A stretch of DNA of 64,000 nucleotides from a virus. Numbering within the stretch: position 1 is the first letter of the stretch; every line of letters begins with the position of its first letter. Both the position numbers and the translations under genes were made by a program. The notes beneath the pieces were generated by a model. The model ran no database searches. It had not been told where the DNA came from and saw nothing but the letters and a program-made list of their open reading frames with translations. The DNA is taken from IMG/VR virus record IMGVR_UViG_3300032291_001492, positions 1-64,000 of that record. One strand, written 5' to 3'. Positions 1 through 8,919 of the stretch are shown here, piece by piece.

Positions 1-681
1 ACCCAAATTACCTATATTAGCATTACCAGTAACTGACAATACACCCCCAGTTACTAAGTTAGCACCTGTGATGTTACCCGTAGCAGTAATTAATGCAGTT
101 CCAATATTACCTACGTTAGCATTACCAGTAGCACTAATCACACCACCTGTTACTAAGTTACCTGCGGTTACGTTACCAGTAGCAGTAATTAAACCACCTG
201 TACCAATATTACCTATATTAGCATTACCAGTAACTGACAATACACCCCCAGTTACTAAGTTAGCACCTGTGATGTTACCCGTAGCAGTTACAAGACCGGT
301 ACCAATATTACCTATATTGGCATTCCCTGATACACTTAACGTACCATTAACGTTTGCACCTGTACCTGTTATTACCGCAACGTTAGCATTTCCTGCACTA
401 CTAAATGTAATATTACCGTTATTTAAAACTTGAATGTTACTAGTACCGTTACTCAATCCTGATGTACTTACAGTAGTAAATGATAAATTACCTGCGCCGT
501 CAGTAGAGATAACTTGACCACTTGAACCGCCAGTAATTTTAACGTTACCAATTGCGTTAAGGTTCGCTACCCCTGTTGTAGTTATATTAGTAGTGGTTAT
601 GTCACCGTTAGCTAAAATAATATTAGCCGGTGTTTCGCCAACTGAGAAGCCTGCTACCGAATTTAATGCTTTAACTGCCAT
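1..681 (-). CDS. Gly/Asn/Thr-rich repeat fibre-like virion protein, 3'-truncated at window edge (MAVKALNSVAGFSVGETPANIILANGD...)
   Basis: Absent from the ORF track because it has no stop inside the window. ATG at 681 (cat at 679-681) follows a GATAAATA motif at 700-707. The frame stays open to position 1 with ~33-34-aa GNANIGNIGT...TATGNITGANLVTGG repeats. Shares the GNVKITGG..GQVISTDGAGNLSF motif with the 716-2788 protein. Confidence 0.8.
   Translation of the reverse strand, partial: MAVKALNSVAGFSVGETPANIILANGDITTTNITTTGVANLNAIGNVKITGGSSGQVISTDGAGNLSFTTVSTSGLSNGTSNIQVLNNGNITFSSAGNANVAVITGTGANVNGTLSVSGNANIGNIGTGLVTATGNITGANLVTGGVLSVTGNANIGNIGTGGLITATGNVTAGNLVTGGVISATGNANVGNIGTALITATGNITGANLVTGGVLSVTGNANIGNLG
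7..288. repeat. Coding tandem repeats; an identical 81-bp block at 7-87 and 208-288
   Basis: attacctatattagcattaccagtaactgacaatacacccccagttactaagttagcacctgtgatgttacccgtagcagt occurs twice, 201 bp apart, with a diverged unit between. Confidence 0.9.
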
Positions 682-699
682 GATTGTATCCTATATCTA

Positions 700-707
700 T
701 ATTTATC
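700..707 (-). promoter_or_regulatory. T4-type late promoter (GATAAATA)
   Basis: tatttatc on + strand, in the short gap upstream of the ATG at 681; resembles T4 TATAAATA. Confidence 0.65.
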
Positions 708-715
708 TAACATTC

Positions 716-2788
716 TTATACAGCATACGCTGTAATCAACATTTTGTATGTGATTGGATTAGAAGAACTTGGGGTTACCTTGAGTTCTAATGCCGGTGGT
801 ATTATTATATTACCTGCATTATAATCCACTTCAAAGTTACCCACACCACCATTTACAAACAGACTTGCGTATTCAGTAAACTGCACTGTTCCGTTGTAAT
901 ATAATGAACTAATTTTACATGATTGTCTACTTGGGCCAGCTGGCTCAGTAGCAATAATTTCAAATTCAACTCCAGACAAATCTGCTACAGGAATTGAATA
1001 TAATACTTGTGCAGGTGTTGTACTTGCAGTTGAAGCAAAATATACTAAACTAGTAGACCATTTGTATACTCCGGCTCCCATTTGGAAGCTGTTTGCAATT
1101 AAGTTACCACCTACTTGCAGTACCTTAGTGAAATCGTTATATGTTAAGAAAGCACTGCCGCCAAATACTCCATCATTATTAAATTGAACTTGTGTATTGG
1201 CTCCACCTGGAACGCCATTGCCACCGCCGCCGCTGGCTGACCAAGATAAGTTCCCGGATCCGTCTGTCTGTAATACATATCCATTTAATCCACCTGAAAT
1301 TTTTAAGTTAGCAACATTACCTAAATTAACGTTAGTTGCACCGGTGAAGTTTGCAGTTGCATTACTTTTAATAGATGGTACAGATAATATATTAGTTGCA
1401 CTATCATATACAAATCCTGTATCTCCTCCAAAAGAACCTGAATCATTGTATTGAACCATTTGGTTAGTGCCGCCAGGACTGCCTGTACTTGCAATCCATG
1501 ATAAGTTACCAGACCCATCAGTTGATAAAATATAACCACCAGAGCCACCTGTCATTTTGACATTAGCAACATTACCTAAACTTAAATTACCACTACTAAA
1601 TGTTACATTAGGTATGCCACCAAATAATCCGGCATTGTTATATTGTAATTGTGTGTTAATACCACCGGGTGATCCATTACCACCGCCGCCACCTGCTGCC
1701 CAAGCTAAGTTTCCTGCTCCATCAGTTTGTAAATAATAACCACTAATACCGCCTGAAATTCTAACATTAGAAATTGGACCTAAATTAGCAGTGCCAACCA
1801 TAGTTAAACTAGTTAGATTTCCTACAGAAGTAATATTTGGTTGCGCCGCGGTTGTTACTGTTCCTGCAATTGCGGCAATAGCGGCAGTACCTGCTTGACT
1901 AACTGTGCCTACAACGTTAGAACCATTGATATTTGTTAATCCGTTACCATTACCTACAAAGTTTGTTGCAGTTAGTGTATTTGTTGATTTATTAAATGTA
2001 AACGAACTAGAACCATTCATTGTTCCAGCATCATTAAACTGAACTTGTGTGTTTGAGCCTGCAGCCGGGGAAGTAATAGTCACCCAAGATAAATTACCAG
2101 ATCCGTTTGTAGTTAAAAATTGACCACTGTTGCCACCAATAATTATTACATTACCTACATTACCTAAATTTGCAGAACTACCAACTTGTAATGTAGTAAT
2201 ACTAGCAAAACCAGTAGTGCTGATATTTCCTAGATAGGCGGTGCCTGATGTAGTTATATTATTACCAATTGATAGATTGGCAGCTACAATAATATTGTCT
2301 GAATTTAATGTATTAGTTACATCGTTATATGTAAATCCAGCATCACCGCCAAAATCACCATCACTATTGTATTGTACTTGACTGTTTGCCCCACCTGGAC
2401 TACCATTACCGGCATTTCCACCTGTTTGTGCTGTCCATGTTAAATTACCAGATCCATCTGTTTGTAAAACAAACCCATTTGTACCACCGGCAATTTTTAT
2501 GTTTGCTACATTTCCTAAACTTAAATTACCACTACTAAATGTTACATTAGGTATCCCACCTAATATACCGTTATTATTGTATTGTAATTGTGTGTTAGAG
2601 CCACCTGGGTTAGCGTTGAAGGGTTGACCATTAGCATAGAAAAAGCTATTGGCGTAAACTTTATTAGCGGTGACATTACCTGTTAAGTTTAAAAAATTTG
2701 AAACTACATTACCATTTCCATCTATGACGGTGACGGAAGGTATTCCTACCGAATAACCAGTTAATGTATTGAATAATTCTGATGCCAT
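716..2788 (-). CDS. Repeat-rich fibre/virion structural protein (690 aa)
   Basis: About six PGGxNxQxQ[YF]NxxGxFGG modules alternate with GNVANxKIxGGxxGxxLxTDGSGNLxW modules, followed by a C-terminal globular beta domain. Late motif upstream. Confidence 0.75.
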   Translation of the reverse strand: MASELFNTLTGYSVGIPSVTVIDGNGNVVSNFLNLTGNVTANKVYANSFFYANGQPFNANPGGSNTQLQYNNNGILGGIPNVTFSSGNLSLGNVANIKIAGGTNGFVLQTDGSGNLTWTAQTGGNAGNGSPGGANSQVQYNSDGDFGGDAGFTYNDVTNTLNSDNIIVAANLSIGNNITTSGTAYLGNISTTGFASITTLQVGSSANLGNVGNVIIIGGNSGQFLTTNGSGNLSWVTITSPAAGSNTQVQFNDAGTMNGSSSFTFNKSTNTLTATNFVGNGNGLTNINGSNVVGTVSQAGTAAIAAIAGTVTTAAQPNITSVGNLTSLTMVGTANLGPISNVRISGGISGYYLQTDGAGNLAWAAGGGGGNGSPGGINTQLQYNNAGLFGGIPNVTFSSGNLSLGNVANVKMTGGSGGYILSTDGSGNLSWIASTGSPGGTNQMVQYNDSGSFGGDTGFVYDSATNILSVPSIKSNATANFTGATNVNLGNVANLKISGGLNGYVLQTDGSGNLSWSASGGGGNGVPGGANTQVQFNNDGVFGGSAFLTYNDFTKVLQVGGNLIANSFQMGAGVYKWSTSLVYFASTASTTPAQVLYSIPVADLSGVEFEIIATEPAGPSRQSCKISSLYYNGTVQFTEYASLFVNGGVGNFEVDYNAGNIIIPPALELKVTPSSSNPITYKMLITAYAV

Positions 2789-2817
2789 ATTTTATCCCGA
2801 ACTTTATTTTTATAATA

Positions 2818-2825
2818 TATTTATC
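2818..2825 (-). promoter_or_regulatory. Late promoter (GATAAATA)
   Basis: tatttatc upstream of the 2788 start codon. Confidence 0.6.
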
Positions 2826-2875
2826 AAAATATTGTATTTTAACCCATAGAAAAAAGCACCCATAAAATCTTTTTT

Positions 2876-2882
2876 CTAAATA
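2876..2882 (+). promoter_or_regulatory. Late promoter variant (CTAAATA)
   Basis: Ends 4 nt before the ATG at 2887. Confidence 0.5.
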
Positions 2883-2886
2883 CAAT

Positions 2887-3252
2887 ATGTTAACTAGACA
2901 ACCATCAAGACCATTATGTATACATTGCAATGTATCATTAGCAAAGCCTAATGGAATTAGTAAGCATGGATTTAAAAAGTGGCACAAGTATTGTGTTGAT
3001 TGTGCTAAAGGTGCATACAATACTACGTATGGTTATCTATTACATAAGAAAAATAAATGTGAGAAGTGTGGCTTTATTCCAGAAGACAACTGCCAATTAG
3101 ATATTATCTATAAAGACAATAACAAAAAGAACAAAGATAAAAATAATTTAAAGACATTGTGTGCAAATTGCAACAGGTTACACACAAAGAAAATGAAAGA
3201 AAAGAAAAAATCTATTTTAGATATAACAGTAGATACTGACCTTACTCTTTAA
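2887..3252 (+). CDS. Zinc-binding HNH-fold protein, apparently lacking the catalytic histidines
   Basis: Four CxxC pairs (CIHC, CVDC, CEKC, CANC). QLDIIYKDNNKKNKDKNNLKTLCANCNRLH matches the HNH pattern LDxDHxDGxxxN..NLxxLCxxCH but with H replaced by Y and N. Confidence 0.7.
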   Translation: MLTRQPSRPLCIHCNVSLAKPNGISKHGFKKWHKYCVDCAKGAYNTTYGYLLHKKNKCEKCGFIPEDNCQLDIIYKDNNKKNKDKNNLKTLCANCNRLHTKKMKEKKKSILDITVDTDLTL

Positions 3253-3623
3253 TAACTTTTTTCTTCAATTATAGTAGAACCCATCAATACATTTATTTTC
3301 TTTTTAAGTTCTGCACGATAGTCGTTTTTTATATATACTTGACGAGCCAATTTGATAAACTCATCATCAAATCTTTGCTCTTGTTCATGTTTACGTTTGC
3401 TATCTTCAATATCCCATAAATCCTGATTTACCGTTAGTAACTGTGTGTAGTACACATTTAATTCTAAAGGTGCTTCTAAATTATCTGCTATAGCACGTAA
3501 TTGAATTAATTCTTTAATCACGTTTTCGATTTTTAATGGATCAGAAATTCTAGCCACTTTAATTGTCAAGATTGTTATCTTGTCAAATAATTCTCCGATG
3601 CTTATTGGTGCCATGATTATCAT
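3249..3623 (-). CDS. DUF6165-like helical protein
   Basis: PISIGELFDKITILTIK N-terminus, LWDIED..R, ARQVY..ND.RA..KKKIN...S.I.EEKSY C-terminus match my recollection of this family. Confidence 0.7.
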   Translation of the reverse strand: MIIMAPISIGELFDKITILTIKVARISDPLKIENVIKELIQLRAIADNLEAPLELNVYYTQLLTVNQDLWDIEDSKRKHEQEQRFDDEFIKLARQVYIKNDYRAELKKKINVLMGSTIIEEKSY

Positions 3624-3626
3624 AAA

Positions 3627-4628
3627 TTAGTTTACCCCACACCTATCATTACACATTAATAGTCGACCGGCTTCAAATGTAGGAATTGACCAAGTTTTTT
3701 CAATTTTGTTAAACCAGGATATGCAGTGTTCTAAACTGTGTTCTAATGCATTATTTTCTTGCACAAAATCTCGAAACTGTACATTTGCAGCCTCATGGTA
3801 ATGTCCGTGTCCATAAGTTTTTGGGCTAAACCCTAGCCAACAACAAGGAGATACATCTCCTATACTAGAAATATAAATTGATTTTTGTTTTTTAGCAAGG
3901 CAATCAATATTTTTTATAGGTTTAAATGGCGCAATGTCTTTTAATAGCATTTTACGCTGAGTGCGTAATTTCCAAAGCCTATCAAAATCAATTATAACAG
4001 GACTACCTATTGTGTGAGATAGTTGCTTGTTTTTGTCAAATACCGGTGCTTGATTTCGTTCGCTATTTATTAGTTCAAATTTTTTAAATCCTAACTGTTG
4101 ACTTAGTGTTTGTGCAGTAGATTGCTGATGCCGATTGTGGTCAAAATCAATCATTTTCCATACAGCATTACCTCCGGCTGCAATAAAAATTTTAGCATTC
4201 TGAATCACAGTTGAGTACAAAGTATTTTGTCTATATAGACTATGTGTATCTTCTAGTCCGTCGATACAAAAAATTATCTCAACTCCTAATGTAGCTAGAG
4301 ATTGCCAATATTCTTTGTTTCTTGCACCTGCATTAGTACTGATTATGATTTTTAAATTACTTGAACAGGATCTAAAGTACTCAACAATTTCTACTGTTTC
4401 GGGATTCATTACAGCATCTCCAAAATTTCCATTTATATATATGTCATCAAGTTGCTGTACAAACTCACGTTGAAATATTTTCATTGCCTCTTCTAATGTC
4501 ATGTTATGTTCAACATATCCATCATTAAACTCATAGCCGTAAAAGTTTCTAGGACAGAGCGGGCAAGCCGCATTGCACAAACTAGAGATTTCTAAATGTA
4601 CGTTACGTATGTCAGCAAAATTATACAT
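3627..4628 (-). CDS. Radical SAM enzyme with C-terminal SPASM/Twitch-like Cys cluster
   Basis: CNAACPLC motif; GNFGD, STN and IDG motifs; C-terminal C..GDVSPCC...CNDRC. Likely start is MYNFAD at 4628, not 4718, because the longer frame overlaps the capsid terminator and a late promoter. Confidence 0.85.
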   Translation of the reverse strand: MYNFADIRNVHLEISSLCNAACPLCPRNFYGYEFNDGYVEHNMTLEEAMKIFQREFVQQLDDIYINGNFGDAVMNPETVEIVEYFRSCSSNLKIIISTNAGARNKEYWQSLATLGVEIIFCIDGLEDTHSLYRQNTLYSTVIQNAKIFIAAGGNAVWKMIDFDHNRHQQSTAQTLSQQLGFKKFELINSERNQAPVFDKNKQLSHTIGSPVIIDFDRLWKLRTQRKMLLKDIAPFKPIKNIDCLAKKQKSIYISSIGDVSPCCWLGFSPKTYGHGHYHEAANVQFRDFVQENNALEHSLEHCISWFNKIEKTWSIPTFEAGRLLMCNDRCGVN

Positions 4629-4651
4629 TATTAGGTTTAGAGTATTTGTTT

Positions 4652-4659
4652 TATTTATA
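4652..4659 (-). promoter_or_regulatory. Canonical T4 late promoter TATAAATA
   Basis: tatttata on + strand, between the capsid terminator and the radical SAM start. Confidence 0.65.
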
Positions 4660-4680
4660 TAGGATACCACATTCAAATAC

Positions 4681-4704
4681 AAAAAAGGCTCCGAAGAGCC
4701 TTTT
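4681..4704 (-). terminator. Rho-independent terminator after the major capsid gene
   Basis: Minus strand aaaaggctc-ttcg-gagcctttttt: stem, UUCG tetraloop and U-tract. Confidence 0.9.
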
Positions 4705-4746
4705 AAGTAACTTCCCATCCCGAGGGTAAAAAGTTTGATTCCGTTT

Positions 4747-5943
4747 TTATTGGAATGTCAAGTTTTGAACAGCGATCTCACCAACGTAGTCAGCAGCGTT
4801 ACCAAAAGATGACGCTGTGTTTGTCAATTCGATGTAACCATAACGTGTCATAAATGATACGACTGGTTCGAATGTTGATGGGTCAAGAACAACACCAGAA
4901 CTCATCAATGGAATATATGGGCAATAGAAAGCGGCTGCATCAGTCTCGCTTGAACCCTTATAACCAACTAATACTGGTTGTGTATCTGGAGCATAAGAGT
5001 TAACGAAAACTCTCATTGCACCATTCAATGTACCAACAAACTTAGTGTTTGTAGGTGCTTCGAATGTACCTTCTGTTGTACGTGCAAATGCGCTTGTTGT
5101 AGCAGACTGTAGAACAGTCAAGCTAGCTGGAGATACAACTGCCCAGTTACCAGCACCACGGCGTGTGCGTTGTGCGATCAAGTTAGCAACACGGTTGATC
5201 AAAACAGCTAAAGCAGCGTGTTCGTCACCAACGTATGTAGCTGTACCAGATACAGTAGCTTGGTTGTATGTATATTCAGTTGTAGCTAGAGTTGCTAGAG
5301 ACAATAGAATTTCTTGGTCGATTTCAGCAGTAATTTCTTGTGCTAAAGCGGCCATGATTTCTGCTTCAACGTCAATACCATGTTGGCTTTGAGCGTCTTG
5401 AGCCGCTTCAAATGTCCAACGTGCTTGCAACTTACGTGACTTAGCTTCAACAGCTTGACGTAAGATTTGTACGCTGATTTGTTTACCACCGTTGCCTTCT
5501 AAGGCAGCTGTGTCATTACCAGTGTAGAATGTTGATGTATCAGTTCCTAATGGAGTACGTGAATATGCTTGAGCAATCTTGAATGGACTCAATGCTTCTT
5601 CACCAGCTACTACGCTAGTTTGAGCCGCACTGTTGTCAGTCAAGTTGTTTGCATAACGTACACGCAATGTATGGATCTGACCAACAGGACCAGTCATGGG
5701 CTGAACGCCTACCAATTCGTTAGCGATAACGGTTGGCATTACACGACGGATAACTGGTAGAATCACACGGTTTAGTGTAGCGATATTACCTGCAGTTGTT
5801 GTACCGGCTGAAGATTCAGCTAGCAACTGCTTTTTGGTGTTTTCTAAAATAACACCCATTGTTGAACGGCGAGTTCCTTTTAAGCCTTCTAACAGAGCTT
5901 CCTTGGTCTCGTCCCAACGGCTTTCTAAGAGTACTTTTGACAT
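4747..5943 (-). CDS. gp23: Major capsid protein, T4 gp23-like
   Basis: LVGVQPMTGPVGQI, VEAKSRKLQARWTFEAAQD, EITAEIDQEI, FYCPYIPL, FEPVVSFMTRYG are gp23 hallmarks. AGGAG RBS present. Confidence 0.97.
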   Translation of the reverse strand: MSKVLLESRWDETKEALLEGLKGTRRSTMGVILENTKKQLLAESSAGTTTAGNIATLNRVILPVIRRVMPTVIANELVGVQPMTGPVGQIHTLRVRYANNLTDNSAAQTSVVAGEEALSPFKIAQAYSRTPLGTDTSTFYTGNDTAALEGNGGKQISVQILRQAVEAKSRKLQARWTFEAAQDAQSQHGIDVEAEIMAALAQEITAEIDQEILLSLATLATTEYTYNQATVSGTATYVGDEHAALAVLINRVANLIAQRTRRGAGNWAVVSPASLTVLQSATTSAFARTTEGTFEAPTNTKFVGTLNGAMRVFVNSYAPDTQPVLVGYKGSSETDAAAFYCPYIPLMSSGVVLDPSTFEPVVSFMTRYGYIELTNTASSFGNAADYVGEIAVQNLTFQ

Positions 5944-5973
5944 TTTATATTTCTCCTAATTTATGTCTTTATT

Positions 5974-7074
5974 TTAAAGCCCTGCCAGACGTTTGATATC
6001 GATAACGTTATCACGTTGTTCCATATCAACTTCTTTTTGTTTGGCAGATTTATCACCAGTTACCTCTTGTACACTTTCACGGATCATAGTCTTTGAAGAC
6101 TTTTTCTCCATACCAGTGTTAAGAACTGCTGGTAGATACTTATCGAAAGCGGCTTGTAGACGTGGTGTCTGGACGCTTTCTAGTAAGTTTCGCATTGTGT
6201 CTGCTTTTTCCTCATTTAGAGTAGATAACAAATCACCCATAGTCTTCTCACGTAGATTAGATTCTTTGATTATGCGAACTTCACGTTCCTTACTTTCAAC
6301 CAACTTTTGTGCTTGGTTTACTTTTGCGATAGATTCGGCTAGTTGTTCATCTTTTAACTGCAATGCATTCATTAGCTTGCGAGTTTCAGCTTTATCATTT
6401 AAATGAGTAACACTGAATTCACTAGCGAATGATTCAAAGATGCGGCGACCAAAGTTGTTTTCTCTAGCAACTTTAATGTCTTCCTTCAACTGACCCATTT
6501 CACCCTTTAGATGTTTAGTTACAACTTGGTTAATTCTAGATGCAGATTCAGCAACAAAACGTGCCTTCAATGTTTCTAGTTGTTTACGACCTTCAGCAAC
6601 TAACTTGACCTTAGCTTCAACAACAGCTTGTTTATCTTGTGTAAATTCTTTAATTTCACGTGCAAGAGCATGAACAATAAATTGTTCTAGCTTTTGTTGA
6701 TTTTCTAATTGAATTTTGCGTTCGCTACGCAGTTCTTTAATTTCTTCGGCTAGTTTAGTAACCATAAAATCATTGAACTTTGTTGCTGATTCACGCAATT
6801 TTTGTTGTGCTTTCACACGGTCTTCGTTCATTGCTTGTCTTTCAGTCTGAAATTCTTCAATTTCAGTTGTTAGACCTTCTGTAACCATTTTATCTAGGGC
6901 TTCAACCATCACGCTTCTGTCATGTTCATAACGTTGTGCGAATTCTTCTCGTAATTCGGCACGTACTTGTTCTCTAGCCTCATTCAATTTAGATTCCCAT
7001 GCTTCGTTTAATTCACGACCCACGTCCTCATTGATAAGACCACTTTCAAGTAATGGCTTGATAGCATCAAACAT
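5974..7074 (-). CDS. gp22: Prohead core scaffold protein, gp22-like
   Basis: Long E/K-rich coiled coil, FGRRIFESF motif, many [LI]xE protease sites, located between protease and capsid genes. Confidence 0.85.
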   Translation of the reverse strand: MFDAIKPLLESGLINEDVGRELNEAWESKLNEAREQVRAELREEFAQRYEHDRSVMVEALDKMVTEGLTTEIEEFQTERQAMNEDRVKAQQKLRESATKFNDFMVTKLAEEIKELRSERKIQLENQQKLEQFIVHALAREIKEFTQDKQAVVEAKVKLVAEGRKQLETLKARFVAESASRINQVVTKHLKGEMGQLKEDIKVARENNFGRRIFESFASEFSVTHLNDKAETRKLMNALQLKDEQLAESIAKVNQAQKLVESKEREVRIIKESNLREKTMGDLLSTLNEEKADTMRNLLESVQTPRLQAAFDKYLPAVLNTGMEKKSSKTMIRESVQEVTGDKSAKQKEVDMEQRDNVIDIKRLAGL

Positions 7075-7076
7075 GC

Positions 7077-7730
7077 TTATTCCCCTTTGTTAATTTTGAG
7101 ATCCTTTATAAGACGAAGGACTTCGCCTTTAAGATATCTCTGTACCTTTTTGTCACCGCCTTGAGCATCTTTTGCAATTTCTAACATTTTATGACCATGA
7201 CGCATATTCATCATGCCTTCATAAATTGCTTTAGGATATGCATTAGGTGCGCTTGGTTGAGCAACAATATCCACAGTGACTATTTCAAAGTCACTTACTT
7301 GGCCATTCATATCGTTAACGTTTCCGCTACCTCTACTACTGACTCCGAGTTTGACACCACTCTCCAACATGGTAGACACTAACTGTCCCATTGGAGTTGG
7401 TAAAATCTTTAATTTGCCGAATCCATTTGCTCCGTCCATCCACATGCTTGTTATCATATGTGATACACGATCCAAATTGATTTTTAGGTCATCAGGGTGA
7501 TCTACTTCACCTAATACTGAGTAGCCTTCTTGTATTTGTTTATTAAGAGTGTCAACGGCAGATTCGATTTCAGAAACAGGGTAAACACGCTCATTAGCGT
7601 TTTTTACCCCACCCTGAATGAAGATGCCCTTCATATAAAGGCTCTTCAAACTACCTTCACCTTCTTTGACCGATTCGACAACCATGCCGGCTCGGTCAAA
7701 AGTTAGGTGTTCTTTGAGATACAAAGCCAT
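7077..7730 (-). CDS. gp21: Prohead protease, gp21-like
   Basis: GIFIQGGVKNANERVYP, LGEVDHP, LPTPMG, LGVSSRGSG, DIVAQPSAPNAY. Confidence 0.95.
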   Translation of the reverse strand: MALYLKEHLTFDRAGMVVESVKEGEGSLKSLYMKGIFIQGGVKNANERVYPVSEIESAVDTLNKQIQEGYSVLGEVDHPDDLKINLDRVSHMITSMWMDGANGFGKLKILPTPMGQLVSTMLESGVKLGVSSRGSGNVNDMNGQVSDFEIVTVDIVAQPSAPNAYPKAIYEGMMNMRHGHKMLEIAKDAQGGDKKVQRYLKGEVLRLIKDLKINKGE

Positions 7731-7744
7731 TGCTCTCAGATTCC

Positions 7745-8575
7745 TTATATTCTACGCTTTACAGGCTTGCGTGATTCTGCAACCGGACTTCTAGAATTTA
7801 CACCATTGTCACCCTTTGACGGGGCAGGAGCTTTTTCTAAGTCTGCATTGTTTTGTGCAGGAGAGTTCTTGAATGATCCAGCGCCTTTAACGCTTGTCTC
7901 ACCTTTGCTGTATGCATTAGATGGAGCTTTTGGTCCTGTTGGGTTAGATTCTGCACCACCGGAGAAATTAACTGGCTTAGAATCCATTCCAGCTTGACCT
8001 GAGTTAGCTGTTACTGTTGATCTATTTTGTACGCCGTTGTCGCCATGAGTTACAGAAACTTTCTTCAATGTGATAGCTTCCATCATAGCATCTTCTTCGT
8101 CCATAGCATAACCCATTTCATTCATATCATCGTCCATTTCGCCGTCCATGTCGCTGTCCATATCATCCATGTCGCCGTCCATTTTGCCTTCTTCACCATC
8201 AGACATGATATCTTCAAATTCAGCCATCAACTGGTCTAATTTGTCTTCAATATCAGCAACACGGTCTTCTAGTTCTTCTTCACCGCCCATGTCCATACCG
8301 TCATCTTCGATATCGATAATCTCGTCATCACCTTCATCGTCAAAGTCGATTTCTTCTTCGTCTTCACCTTCGATGACACCGGATTGTTCAGCAGTGATTT
8401 CATCCATCATTTGACCGACTTGGCCTCCCATGCCTTCTTCCATTTCATCGTGCATCATGTTCTCATAGATTTCGCGGCTTTTCTCAACTACGATATCGTG
8501 AAATAATGCACGGGCTTGTTCTTCATTCTCATTAATGATTAAATCAATGAGTGTTTCAAATTTTTTGTTATCCAT
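7745..8575 (-). CDS. Highly acidic prohead core-like protein
   Basis: D/E/M-rich centre and basic C-terminus; lies between portal and protease where T4 has gp67/gp68; AGGAG RBS. Confidence 0.6.
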   Translation of the reverse strand: MDNKKFETLIDLIINENEEQARALFHDIVVEKSREIYENMMHDEMEEGMGGQVGQMMDEITAEQSGVIEGEDEEEIDFDDEGDDEIIDIEDDGMDMGGEEELEDRVADIEDKLDQLMAEFEDIMSDGEEGKMDGDMDDMDSDMDGEMDDDMNEMGYAMDEEDAMMEAITLKKVSVTHGDNGVQNRSTVTANSGQAGMDSKPVNFSGGAESNPTGPKAPSNAYSKGETSVKGAGSFKNSPAQNNADLEKAPAPSKGDNGVNSRSPVAESRKPVKRRI

Positions 8576-8609
8576 TGTATGTTTCTCCTAAGTAATGGCT
8601 TTGTAGAGT

Positions 8610-8616
8610 TATTTAG
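8610..8616 (-). promoter_or_regulatory. Late promoter variant (CTAAATA) for the core/protease/scaffold/capsid unit
   Basis: tatttag downstream of the terminator at 8628-8656 and upstream of the 8575 start. Confidence 0.55.
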
Positions 8617-8627
8617 TGAGTATATGG

Positions 8628-8656
8628 AAAAACAGCACAATAAGTGCTGTTTTTTT
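8628..8656. terminator. Bidirectional-looking intrinsic terminator
   Basis: aaaaacagcac-aataa-gtgctgttttttt inverted repeat with A/T tails. Confidence 0.8.
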
Positions 8657-8682
8657 ACGTTTTTGTTAAAACATATGATATT

Positions 8683-8904
8683 TTATGCAGGAGCAGCCGC
8701 GGCCTGTACACCATATTGTTCATGTACTTTTTTTAGATATTTTTGTTTTTCGTAGTTACGTACATCTAACATTTTTCTAAGTTTACGAATTTGTCTTAGT
8801 GTTAGTTTTGTTTTACGGCTTTCTTTCCATTTAGGTCTACTGTTGTCGCTTGCAACATCTTGATAGCCTTCTATAGCCGGGTCAAACATTTCCAATAATT
8901 TCAT
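8683..8904 (-). CDS. Small basic head-module protein (73 aa)
   Basis: RKTKLTLRQIRKLRKM motif; MKLLE start; GATAAATA at 8912-8919 directly upstream. Confidence 0.75.
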   Translation of the reverse strand: MKLLEMFDPAIEGYQDVASDNSRPKWKESRKTKLTLRQIRKLRKMLDVRNYEKQKYLKKVHEQYGVQAAAAPA

Positions 8905-8911
8905 AATATAT

Positions 8912-8919
8912 TATTTATC
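8912..8919 (-). promoter_or_regulatory. Late promoter (GATAAATA)
   Basis: Between the portal stop and the next ATG. Confidence 0.6.

Noticed and set aside
68-433. 121-aa plus-strand ORF and similar antisense ORFs (1197, 5045, 5993, 11735, 12527, 13625, 28285, 45026, 54242 etc.)
   Set aside because: Shadow frames opposite well-supported genes, produced by repetitive or biased codon use; no RBS or late motif.
7-2554. Duplicated blocks considered as diversity-generating retroelement TR/VR pairs
   Set aside because: Copies are identical or differ without adenine-specific bias, lie within the same ORF, and no reverse transcriptase is in the window.
4629-4718. N-terminal 30-aa extension of the radical SAM ORF in the ORF track
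   Set aside because: It spans the capsid terminator and a late promoter; the true start is more plausibly 4628.
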